Part shown: piece by piece, positions 10,771 through 19,702 of the stretch
How the letters are laid out: each line of letters opens with the position of its first letter
Numbering within the stretch: the stretch's first letter is position 1
From: an uncultured Ignavibacteriales bacterium
Lineage (GTDB): Bacteria > Zixibacteria > MSB-5A5 > GN15 > FEB-12
Assembly (NCBI GenBank): GCA_964464605.1
Contig: CAYXJN010000004.1
Span: 1-64,000, forward strand
DNA: 64,000 nt
Reading direction: 5' to 3'
Notes under the pieces: generated by a model
Told to the model about the DNA's origin: nothing
The model's input: only the letters and a program-made list of their open reading frames with translations
Databases searched by the model: none
Position numbers and translations under genes: made by a program

Positions 10771-12177
10771 GTGTCATACCCGATTCCGCCGGTGGAACCA
10801 TACCGGATAAAATCAATAGAGCCGATTCGTTTATTAAGCCGCAACGATCGCATCCACCGCATCGAAAAGGCGAACTACAACTTATTCAAGCTTGATTCAG
10901 CCGATGTCTACATAGATTTAATGACTGACTCCGGTTTTAGCGCCATGTCCGCCGCGCAATGGGGTGGGTTGATGAAAGGGGATGAATCCTACGCCGGGGC
11001 ATCCTCATTCCGCCGTTTTGAAGAAACAATCAAGAGCATTACCGGTCTGACGCATATCGTACCATGCCATCAAGGGAGAGCAGCAGAACATATCGTATTT
11101 CGCACCTTAGTACAGCCGGGACAATATATCATTAACAACACACATTTCGATACCACGCGTGCCAATACGCTCTATCGCGGCGCGATTCCGGTCGATTTAC
11201 CTTGTCGTGAATCTGCGCTTGATGAAGCGATTCCATTTAAAGGGAACATGGATGTCGAGCGACTGGAAGAGTTTCTACACCGGGAAAAGCATGGCAGCGT
11301 CGGCATGGTGATTATGACCGTGACGAATAATTCAGTCGGCGGCCAGCCGGTGTCGATGGAAAATCTTCGCGCTGTATCGGCGTTATGTAAACGATTCAAT
11401 GTGCCGTTCTTTATCGATTCGGCCCGTTTCGCGGAAAACTGTCATTTCATCCGGCGTGATGAAACCGGCTACTCGCAGGAATCAGTCAGCAGTATCGCCC
11501 GTCAGATGTTTTCACTATGCGACGGGATGATGATGTCGGCTAAAAAAGATGCGTTCGCCAATATCGGTGGCTTTATCGCGGTATCGAATCCTGATTGGTA
11601 TCGGAAAATGACCGAACTGCTCGTCGTGCTCGAAGGTTTTCCGACCTACGGCGGATTGGCAGGGCGTGATCTGGATGCTATCGCTATCGGTCTGCATGAA
11701 GTGTTGCAGGAGGATTGGCTGACTTTTCGCGTCGATCAGATAGCATATTTAGGTGAATGTCTGAAACAAGCAGGGATGCCGATTGTCGAACCGACTGGTG
11801 GGCATGCGGTGTTCATCGATGCCGGAAAATTTCTGTCGCATCTGCCGTCCTCAGCATTTCCAGGGCAGGCGCTTTCAGTTGAATTGTACATTGAAGGTGC
11901 AGTGCGGTCGGTCGAAATCGGATCGCTTATGATGGGGGAGACCGATGCAAAAACCGGCACGTTCAAACCGGCGCCGAAAGAATTAGTACGTTTAGCGGTA
12001 CCCCGTCGTGTCTATACGAATACACATTTCGAATACATCGGCCGTGTTGCTGAGGCGATTACCGCGCGGAAGAAAAATATCAATGGCTACAAAATCACCC
12101 GTCAGGCGGAATTGCTGAGGCATTTTACCTGTGATTTAGCACCATTGGCAGCGAATGCAGTATCATCGCATGCGTAA
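10771..12177 (+). CDS. tnaA: Tryptophanase (beta-eliminating lyase)
   Basis: IDLMTDSG, GDESYAG, HQGRAAE, MSAKKD (PLP Lys); VEIGS and LRHFT favour tryptophanase over tyrosine phenol-lyase; GTG with AGGAG RBS. Confidence 0.85.
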   Translation: MSYPIPPVEPYRIKSIEPIRLLSRNDRIHRIEKANYNLFKLDSADVYIDLMTDSGFSAMSAAQWGGLMKGDESYAGASSFRRFEETIKSITGLTHIVPCHQGRAAEHIVFRTLVQPGQYIINNTHFDTTRANTLYRGAIPVDLPCRESALDEAIPFKGNMDVERLEEFLHREKHGSVGMVIMTVTNNSVGGQPVSMENLRAVSALCKRFNVPFFIDSARFAENCHFIRRDETGYSQESVSSIARQMFSLCDGMMMSAKKDAFANIGGFIAVSNPDWYRKMTELLVVLEGFPTYGGLAGRDLDAIAIGLHEVLQEDWLTFRVDQIAYLGECLKQAGMPIVEPTGGHAVFIDAGKFLSHLPSSAFPGQALSVELYIEGAVRSVEIGSLMMGETDAKTGTFKPAPKELVRLAVPRRVYTNTHFEYIGRVAEAITARKKNINGYKITRQAELLRHFTCDLAPLAANAVSSHA

Positions 12178-12757
12178 GAGGCTTCTTTTCGGTTTGCTTT
12201 TGCTTGGCCTCGTCGCGTTTGGCGGATGCAGTTCAATCAAAATTGAAACCGGAGAAACACCGGAAGAGAAAAACGAATCGACGCAGGAACAGGCGCGGCA
12301 GTTTCGCGTTCGGTGGTCCTCCGATTTTGAACGTGCATCGGAACTGAGAAAAGTTGAATTGCTCATAGCCCATGTTCAGCGGATGGAAAACTGGTATCAA
12401 CAGCTTGGTGATACGCTCACGCATCGCTGGCAACAGGGGAACATCGGACGGGGAGAACCGATTAGTGCAAGTGAGATGAGTCAGATTGTCGAAAACTCAC
12501 TCGCGCCGCATAAGCCGATGTTAAACGCATGGGATGAGATGATCGAGTACGGCGTGCGGAGAATCAGTGAATTGAAATACTTCGCGCCCGATGTGCTCAC
12601 GCAGATTGATGCTTTGGTCGATCAGTTTTACAAATTCAGCAGCGTGGTCAGATATCCGAGCGGTGAATTCGTCGATTACGACCAGAAGATCCGGATCGAA
12701 GCACAGGATTTTGACGGTAAAATGACCGATTTACAAACCTGGCTTAAAACCCAGTAA
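12170..12757 (+). CDS. Hypothetical lipoprotein
   Basis: MRKRLLFGLLLLGLVAFGG-C lipobox; overlaps the tnaA stop. Confidence 0.7.
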   Translation: MRKRLLFGLLLLGLVAFGGCSSIKIETGETPEEKNESTQEQARQFRVRWSSDFERASELRKVELLIAHVQRMENWYQQLGDTLTHRWQQGNIGRGEPISASEMSQIVENSLAPHKPMLNAWDEMIEYGVRRISELKYFAPDVLTQIDALVDQFYKFSSVVRYPSGEFVDYDQKIRIEAQDFDGKMTDLQTWLKTQ

Positions 12758-12947
12758 CTACGAATATGTGAATCTGGTTTCACCTATTGGCTGTGAAATT
12801 GAGATTTTACATTTGAGAGTCTCAAACGTCTTTTCCCTAAGGTCCTACTAAGCTGTTACAAAACAATAAATTACATATTCGTCTCATCCTGACCGCCTGC
12901 TTGGCTGAGTTTTTGCCGGGTAAAAGCGGGAATGAGTCCGGCTGCAC

Positions 12948-12976
12948 TTGACTATTTAGCCGGAACTTTATAGATT
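12948..12976 (+). promoter_or_regulatory. sigma70-type promoter of the porU operon
   Basis: TTGACT-17 bp-TAGATT. Confidence 0.6.
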
Positions 12977-13088
12977 CAAACGAGTTAAACAGTTGTCACC
13001 CCTTTTGGAGGATCTCTATAGACCCACAGTTCACGAGTGATTGATGTAAGGCAACAAGCCATAACGCTGAAAGGCTGACTCGTACCCT

Positions 13089-16000
13089 GTGAGTTTATCT
13101 CGCGCAGTTGTTGAGACTGCGTTTTTCCAATCAGCTTCGTATTCATTACTGCTGCCATTTGCATTGGCGGCCGGGATGAGTTTTCTCTGTTTTGCGGATG
13201 CCCACGCTGCCGTAAAAGAGCCGGTTACCGTTTTGTCGTCAACTGCAGACGGCTTCAGTGCTCGCGTTGCTATCGACTTTTCGAAATTAGAATGGGCGCA
13301 GGCTACTGACTCATTGCTCGCCGGATTTTACACAATTCAAGTCGGCATCCCATATGGCGCGACGGTACAATTACTTTCCGCACGTGGTGTGGCTGAAGCT
13401 ACTTTCAATCAGATACCAAACGTATTTCCGAATCAAAAACTCGCGCCGATGGAACTGGTGAAAGTCGGCCGTCCAATCGTTACCCGCGGTCGCACGACTG
13501 TTGGGGTGCGAATCTATCCGGTGCAGAACAAAACCTGTTATCAGTCAGTTGAGTTTTCACTCCGCTTTGTCGGTGGTGAAAAGACGTATAGCGAACTGCA
13601 GCCGGATGGCCGCTTCGATCGGATGTACGATGCCGCTGTTGCCAATCATGCTGAAGCGAAAGCATGGCTTGCCCCTGTTGCACAGCCGACTGCCGATGCG
13701 AACGCAGTCGGTGAGTTTTCCAACTCTACGATCTGGTGTAAAGCGAAAATCGGTACGACCGGTATTTACCGGATTACCGGGGCGCAGTTGAACGGAATCG
13801 GTATTAACGTGACCAATTTACGGTCTGACTCGGTTCGTGTCTTTTCCGGTTCCGGGTTGCCGCTACCGGTACATAATGATTCCGCCCGTCCCGCACTTGA
13901 AGAATTAGCAATTCAGATTCAGGATGGCGGTGATGGATTTTTCGGTGCGAATGATACCCTGTTGTTTTTCGGTGAATCAGTCGACCGGTATACCTATTCC
14001 CAAACCGGCGCAGCACATTTCGTGAGTAATCCGTATATCGATCAGAATGTGTATTGGATAGCGATTGGCGGAACGTATGTAACAGCGCCACGACGCATGA
14101 GTTCAGTCGACGGAACACCCAGTGGTATCGTTGATACGACGATTACTACATTCACCCGCTACGCTCACGCCGGACAAAATACACTGCTTCGCCGTTACTA
14201 CGATGGAGAAATACCGGAGTATTACACTTGGTATTGGTCGAGTGACCGGAACTTCAGTTTCTTTATCGCAACGCCCGGTTATATCACTGGCGACACGGCG
14301 CAGTTGTTTTTCTACGGACAAACATTTGACACTTCCGGTACCGGACCGCAAACCGGTTTTATGAATATGCGCGTGAACGGTGTTTCCGGATTGAACAAGA
14401 ATTGCTCGATCGATTCCTGCTATTTTCGCAGCAATCAACTGCGCGATGGGTTAAGCACGATCGATTTAACTCTGTTCCCGATTGCCTACGCGCCCGGCTA
14501 TTTCGATTTTGTCGATATCCGCTACCGCAGCCGCTTGACCCCGGCCAATAACCAGCTCGATATGCAGTTTGCGCCGTTCACTGGCATCGCCAACGTTCAG
14601 ATAACCGATAACATGACCGGTACCGCCCGAGTCTGGGATGTGACCGATGGCCACGCACCGGTTAACGTTACGAATTTCACCCGCTCTGCCGGTACGCTTT
14701 CATACAATTACGCGCTTGCTTCGACTGCGATGACCCGAATGTACACCGCGACCAGTGCCGCATTGTTAGCGCCGTTGTCACTTCAGCAGGTGCAGCCGAC
14801 AGATCTTCGCGCAAACAGTTCGCAAACAGATTTACTGATTGTAACGCCCCTTAATTTGCAGAATGCGGTCAATGAATATGTCACGCTGAAAGAACAGGAG
14901 GGGGCTTCAGTCACTGTCGCGACGATTGAAAATATCATGGATAATTTCGGTTGGGGGCTGTATGACCCGACTGCGATTCGTGATTTCCTGAAATATTCGT
15001 ATGAAAATTATCCGGCTCCGGCACCGTCGGCGGTACTGATGGTCGGTGACGGCAGCTACGATTACCGTAACTATCTCGGAACCGGCGTTCCGAATTACGT
15101 ACCGCCGTATATTCATCCGCTTGATGCCTCCGTATCCGATGACAACTATGTTTATTTCGGTGCCTACGGCATTCTCGACAGTGACACCAGCTATGTCGTA
15201 AGCGGTCGCGGGTATGATATGATGACCTCCCGCTGGCCGGTAAATTCCTCCGCACAGGTTCGCAACGTTATCAATAAAATTCGCACCTATGAATCGAGCA
15301 CTAATTTCGGTGAATGGCGGAATACGATTACGCTGGTGGCCGACGATGAATTCGGCACCTTCGCCAGCGAATCATTCCATACGATTCAAACGGAAGAGTT
15401 GGCGAATGCGCACACTCCGGCACTCTTCAATCAGGACAAAATTTATTTGTGGGATTTCCCCTTTGTCGGCACTGAAAAACCTTCAGTGAATGACCGGATC
15501 GTTCAATCGATTAATAACGGCACCCTGCTTATCAACTATGTCGGACATGGCAATCCAGAGCTCTGGTCGGATGAACATGTTTTCACCCGCAGTTCCGATT
15601 TACCCCGTCTGAACAATGCCGCCAAACTTCCGTTAGTGTTTGCCGCCTCCTGTGCGATCGGGTTTTATGATGACCCGCGCCGTGTCGGTATGGCGGAGGA
15701 TTTGTTGACGATGCAGGATAACGGCGCAGTTGCGGTCGTATCGGCCACTCGTTTGGTCTATTCGTCACCGAATGCGCAGTTCAATCAGAAAGTCTTCGAT
15801 ATTCTTCTGTATAACGATTCACTCTCGATCGGTGAAGCAGTCTACGTTGCAAAACTGCAGCGGCAGTATGCCTCATCGACCCCGCCCGATCCGGTGATTA
15901 ATGACCGCGCCTATATTTTCCTGGGCGACCCACTTTTGCAGCTTGGCATGCCGGAGTATCCTATCGTTATCGATCAACGCCCGGATAGTTTACAGGCGCT

Positions 16001-17006
16001 GCAGTTGACGACCGTGAGCGGACATCTGATTGATGATGACAGCGCGCTCGTAACCGGTAACGGAACACTCTATATCACTGTCTATGATTCCAAAAAACAG
16101 CGGGTGCACACAGTGCAGCAGTCACAGCAGGATGTGACCTACCAAGTTGCCGGCTCAAAACTCTATCACGGCAGCACGGACATAACGAATGGCGCCTTCA
16201 ACGTGCAGTTTATTCTTCCGTTGGATGTCACCTTCGGCGGCACAGGAGCAAAAATTTCTTTGTATGCAATTGTGAACGGACATGATGCCGGAGCCAGTAT
16301 TGACTCCCTGCCCGTTTCCGGCAGTATCGCCGCCAGCACCGATTCAACCGGTCCGGCGATTACGATTGGTTTTGTCGAAGCGCCCTCGTTCACCGATGGG
16401 GGCGTCATTCCGCCGACAGCGACCTTGCAACTACAAATCACTGATCCGTCCGGTATTAATTTAACCACCGGACAGGGGCATGAAATTATGCTTGAAGTCG
16501 ACGGTGATACGCAAAACCCGATTCCGCTCAGTTCGTCATTCAGCTATACCGCCGGTTCCTATACGGAAGGAACGCTGGTGTATGCATTAAGCCAGCTGAG
16601 TGCAGGGGAACATCGCATTAAAATTAAGGCGTGGGATAACGCCAACAATTCCGCCGTTGCCGAAGTCAGCGCGGAAGTAATCGCTCCGGGTAATTTTGCG
16701 ATTAAAGATTTACTCAACTATCCGAACCCGATGCGGGAACGAACCGAATTTTCATTCTTTTTGACTCAGCCGGCCCGGGAAGTAGCGCTTGAAATTTTCA
16801 CGCTATCCGGCCGTCGAATCAACCGGATGCTTTTCCCCGGACCGCTTGAAGCGCGCCGCTATACCAATGTTCTCACCTGGGATGGACGTGATGCATTAGC
16901 GGGAGACCGGGTTGCTACCGGGGTCTATATATATAAAGCGACGGCGTATCCGGCCAACGGCGGGGATGCGGTCGAATCATTTGGCAAAATAGTTTTGGTC
17001 AATTAA
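13089..17006 (+). CDS. porU: T9SS sortase PorU (C25 peptidase) with C-terminal sorting domain
   Basis: DPTAIRDFL, VGDGSYDY, SDDNY, catalytic YVGHG and ASC, LGDP, IKAWDNANN, CTD NYPNPM..WDGRD..GVYIYK; followed by porV. Confidence 0.9.
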   Translation: MSLSRAVVETAFFQSASYSLLLPFALAAGMSFLCFADAHAAVKEPVTVLSSTADGFSARVAIDFSKLEWAQATDSLLAGFYTIQVGIPYGATVQLLSARGVAEATFNQIPNVFPNQKLAPMELVKVGRPIVTRGRTTVGVRIYPVQNKTCYQSVEFSLRFVGGEKTYSELQPDGRFDRMYDAAVANHAEAKAWLAPVAQPTADANAVGEFSNSTIWCKAKIGTTGIYRITGAQLNGIGINVTNLRSDSVRVFSGSGLPLPVHNDSARPALEELAIQIQDGGDGFFGANDTLLFFGESVDRYTYSQTGAAHFVSNPYIDQNVYWIAIGGTYVTAPRRMSSVDGTPSGIVDTTITTFTRYAHAGQNTLLRRYYDGEIPEYYTWYWSSDRNFSFFIATPGYITGDTAQLFFYGQTFDTSGTGPQTGFMNMRVNGVSGLNKNCSIDSCYFRSNQLRDGLSTIDLTLFPIAYAPGYFDFVDIRYRSRLTPANNQLDMQFAPFTGIANVQITDNMTGTARVWDVTDGHAPVNVTNFTRSAGTLSYNYALASTAMTRMYTATSAALLAPLSLQQVQPTDLRANSSQTDLLIVTPLNLQNAVNEYVTLKEQEGASVTVATIENIMDNFGWGLYDPTAIRDFLKYSYENYPAPAPSAVLMVGDGSYDYRNYLGTGVPNYVPPYIHPLDASVSDDNYVYFGAYGILDSDTSYVVSGRGYDMMTSRWPVNSSAQVRNVINKIRTYESSTNFGEWRNTITLVADDEFGTFASESFHTIQTEELANAHTPALFNQDKIYLWDFPFVGTEKPSVNDRIVQSINNGTLLINYVGHGNPELWSDEHVFTRSSDLPRLNNAAKLPLVFAASCAIGFYDDPRRVGMAEDLLTMQDNGAVAVVSATRLVYSSPNAQFNQKVFDILLYNDSLSIGEAVYVAKLQRQYASSTPPDPVINDRAYIFLGDPLLQLGMPEYPIVIDQRPDSLQALQLTTVSGHLIDDDSALVTGNGTLYITVYDSKKQRVHTVQQSQQDVTYQVAGSKLYHGSTDITNGAFNVQFILPLDVTFGGTGAKISLYAIVNGHDAGASIDSLPVSGSIAASTDSTGPAITIGFVEAPSFTDGGVIPPTATLQLQITDPSGINLTTGQGHEIMLEVDGDTQNPIPLSSSFSYTAGSYTEGTLVYALSQLSAGEHRIKIKAWDNANNSAVAEVSAEVIAPGNFAIKDLLNYPNPMRERTEFSFFLTQPAREVALEIFTLSGRRINRMLFPGPLEARRYTNVLTWDGRDALAGDRVATGVYIYKATAYPANGGDAVESFGKIVLVN

Positions 17007-17022
17007 TACGAAGGAGAAACAG

Positions 17023-19683
17023 ATGAACCTGAAACGTGTCGGAATTCTGGTATTTGTCGCAGGGATACTGGGTATGTCTGCTGCAAACGTCCATGCGGAT
17101 GTTTCAGCCGCTGGCGTGTTGTTCTTGAAATTACCTCCCGGCGCCCGCGCTGCCGCGATGGGTGAATCCTTTACGGCGATAGCGGATGACGCTACCGCTA
17201 CCCACTGGAATCCGGCGGGTTTGGGATCATCTGCGTTTTCATCTGCCTGGGTGTCAAAACAGATTCCTGAAGAACTCCGTCCGATTAAGCAATTTACTTC
17301 GGTAAAAGCCAGAAGCGGCGGCAGCTATACGTCCTATGATATCTGGGCGATTACGGCAAAAGGTTTAGCCCGTAACGACGGAAATGACTGGGTGTTTAGT
17401 GAGCATATCACAACCCGTACCGATCAAACCTTAAGCAAGTTAGTTGCGGCATCGTTCAATATTTCCAACGAAGAAGATATCGCATCACGTTCTCGCAAAA
17501 TTGCCGAATTGAATAGCAAGCAGAGCTATGCAGAGCTGAACACTTTTTTTGACAAGCTGCTTACCGCTGTTCCGGAAACAGCCAAGCAGAGAGCGACGCT
17601 GACCGGGTATATCGATACGTTAAACGTAGCATATGATCAGTGCCTGATTAACTGGTCGAAGATGGAAGAAGCGGAAAAACAGTTCGAGTCCGGAATGTCC
17701 GATGGAACGTTGTCGGAAGTCGAGACCGACCGCGTTTTGTTTTCACTGGAACGGGGACGTAACCGCTTTTTGCCGGAGCGGCTGGAAATTCCGTTCAGTG
17801 CCGGATACGACGGTGATGCCACAGTTATCGCCAGCAGCAGTGAGTTTTTGTTCCTCGGTACGACCGAAGGGTTTTATCAGTTCCGTGAAAAACGCTGGAC
17901 CAAAGCAAAAAGCGATTCAACCTTGACCGGATCGGTGCAGTCGATTCTTCCGATGGGTGCCTTTACTCTGGTCGGCTTCTCTGACGGCTTAATGAAATAC
18001 GGCAGCGGGATGCTTCGTGATGTTGATAACGCCGATGCTTTGCCGCGTAAATCGGTTACTGCGTTAGGTGGTAGCAGTATTTCTGATATCTGGGCGGTTA
18101 TTGATAACGACCTGTATCATTGGAACGGTTCCATCTGGGCGAACTGGCAGAATTACACGGCGGTGTTGGATGATTCGCCGGATCAGCTGGCAAAGAAGTT
18201 TGCGCTGTACGGAACCGAAGCAGAAGCTGCACTTTTCAAAGAAAAATTGGTGCAAGTGAATAAGACCGTTGCAGTCACTTCGGCTACTGACTCTGCGGCC
18301 GCTCCGGCTGTTGATTCTTTAGGCGTACCAGTCGAGCCGGTCACACCGGTCGAACAGCCGTTTACCATCACTGCCGGTCAGGTAATCAAGGTGCCGTATG
18401 TCGCCGCTTTGAAGGGAAATGTGACCACGCTGTACGGCAGCGGCAATAGCGTCTGGTTAGGAAGCAACTTCGGATTGTATCATTTTACCGGTAAAAGCTG
18501 GGAAATACCGGGTTATGCAAAAACTGCAGTAGCCGCGGGCGAAACAGTGCAGACTTTAGTAGACAAGGTCAAAGCGAAAAATTCGGAAACTTCCGCCCAG
18601 TACAAAGAAGCTATTAAAACGATCAATGATATCCCCGGTGATGAACTGACGGTCGGCGATACCATTCTTACCTACAAAACCGCCGCCGCAGCGCCGGTTC
18701 GTTCGATTAACAACTATGAGGGAACTATCTACTTCGCAACGGCGGAAGGCATGCTCCAGCTTGAAGACGATGTCTGGAATCGCAGCGGTATTCAGGGACT
18801 TGGCACTGCCGATGCGCTGGGTATTGCAAAAGCGGATAATGATATCTGGCTCGGTTCAAAAGAAAAAGTAGTTGCCCGGTCGAATGCCCGCAAAGAATTA
18901 GCGGTTATGCACGTGCAATTGCTCCCCGGTTTGGGCGTCGATGATGTGTACTATGAATTTCTTTCTTTCGTAACCCCGATTGAAGGATGGGGTGGTTTGG
19001 GTGTCGATGTTTCATTCCTATCGCTTGGCAAGAGCGTCCAGACGGGTGAAGGCGGCGATGTTATCAGCGATTTTTATTCGTTTGAAACCGCCATTGCCGT
19101 TGCTTACGGAACGTCGATTACTCCGAGCTTAAAAGGTGGTATTGCCGCCAAAGTTATTTACTCCCGCCTTTCTCCGATCGGCGCCGGTAAAGAACAGGGT
19201 GACGGTACCTCTACCGGTTTCGCCGTCGATATCGGCGTGCTGCAATATATCTCCCGTCAGTTGACCTTTGGCGCAGCCTTGCGTAATCTCGGACCGGATA
19301 TTGCCTACGTTGACGCGGCGCAATCTGACCCGCTACCCCGGACCATTTCGCTTGGTCTTGCTTACAAGCTGCGTAATGAAGAAGACCTGCGAGTGTTGAT
19401 TAGCGCGCAGATCGATAAAGAACTGGTGGCATTGGATGACGGGTATTCGAAAGAGCTCTCGCAAACGTCGCCGGGATTCGGAGCTGAAGTAATGTTAATG
19501 AATCTCATCGCGTTCCGTGGCGGATACAAGTATGATGGCGAAGATCCGGATAACAGCGTCGCGACCTTCGGTGCTGGTTTGAGGTTGTTGAACAGCTTGA
19601 AGTTTGACTTTGCCTATACCCCCGGATTCACGAGCGAAGCGCAGAAAAATACGCTGCGTTCATCCGTGGGCTTGATGTTCTAA
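17023..19683 (+). CDS. porV: PorV/PorQ-family outer-membrane protein with large internal insertion
   Basis: N-terminal FLKLPPGARAAAMGE..DDATATHWNPAGL; C-terminal barrel FAVDIG..GAALRNLGP..DPLP; terminal Phe. Confidence 0.8.
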   Translation: MNLKRVGILVFVAGILGMSAANVHADVSAAGVLFLKLPPGARAAAMGESFTAIADDATATHWNPAGLGSSAFSSAWVSKQIPEELRPIKQFTSVKARSGGSYTSYDIWAITAKGLARNDGNDWVFSEHITTRTDQTLSKLVAASFNISNEEDIASRSRKIAELNSKQSYAELNTFFDKLLTAVPETAKQRATLTGYIDTLNVAYDQCLINWSKMEEAEKQFESGMSDGTLSEVETDRVLFSLERGRNRFLPERLEIPFSAGYDGDATVIASSSEFLFLGTTEGFYQFREKRWTKAKSDSTLTGSVQSILPMGAFTLVGFSDGLMKYGSGMLRDVDNADALPRKSVTALGGSSISDIWAVIDNDLYHWNGSIWANWQNYTAVLDDSPDQLAKKFALYGTEAEAALFKEKLVQVNKTVAVTSATDSAAAPAVDSLGVPVEPVTPVEQPFTITAGQVIKVPYVAALKGNVTTLYGSGNSVWLGSNFGLYHFTGKSWEIPGYAKTAVAAGETVQTLVDKVKAKNSETSAQYKEAIKTINDIPGDELTVGDTILTYKTAAAAPVRSINNYEGTIYFATAEGMLQLEDDVWNRSGIQGLGTADALGIAKADNDIWLGSKEKVVARSNARKELAVMHVQLLPGLGVDDVYYEFLSFVTPIEGWGGLGVDVSFLSLGKSVQTGEGGDVISDFYSFETAIAVAYGTSITPSLKGGIAAKVIYSRLSPIGAGKEQGDGTSTGFAVDIGVLQYISRQLTFGAALRNLGPDIAYVDAAQSDPLPRTISLGLAYKLRNEEDLRVLISAQIDKELVALDDGYSKELSQTSPGFGAEVMLMNLIAFRGGYKYDGEDPDNSVATFGAGLRLLNSLKFDFAYTPGFTSEAQKNTLRSSVGLMF

Positions 19684-19702
19684 ACAGGGAGTACAACAGG
19701 GA

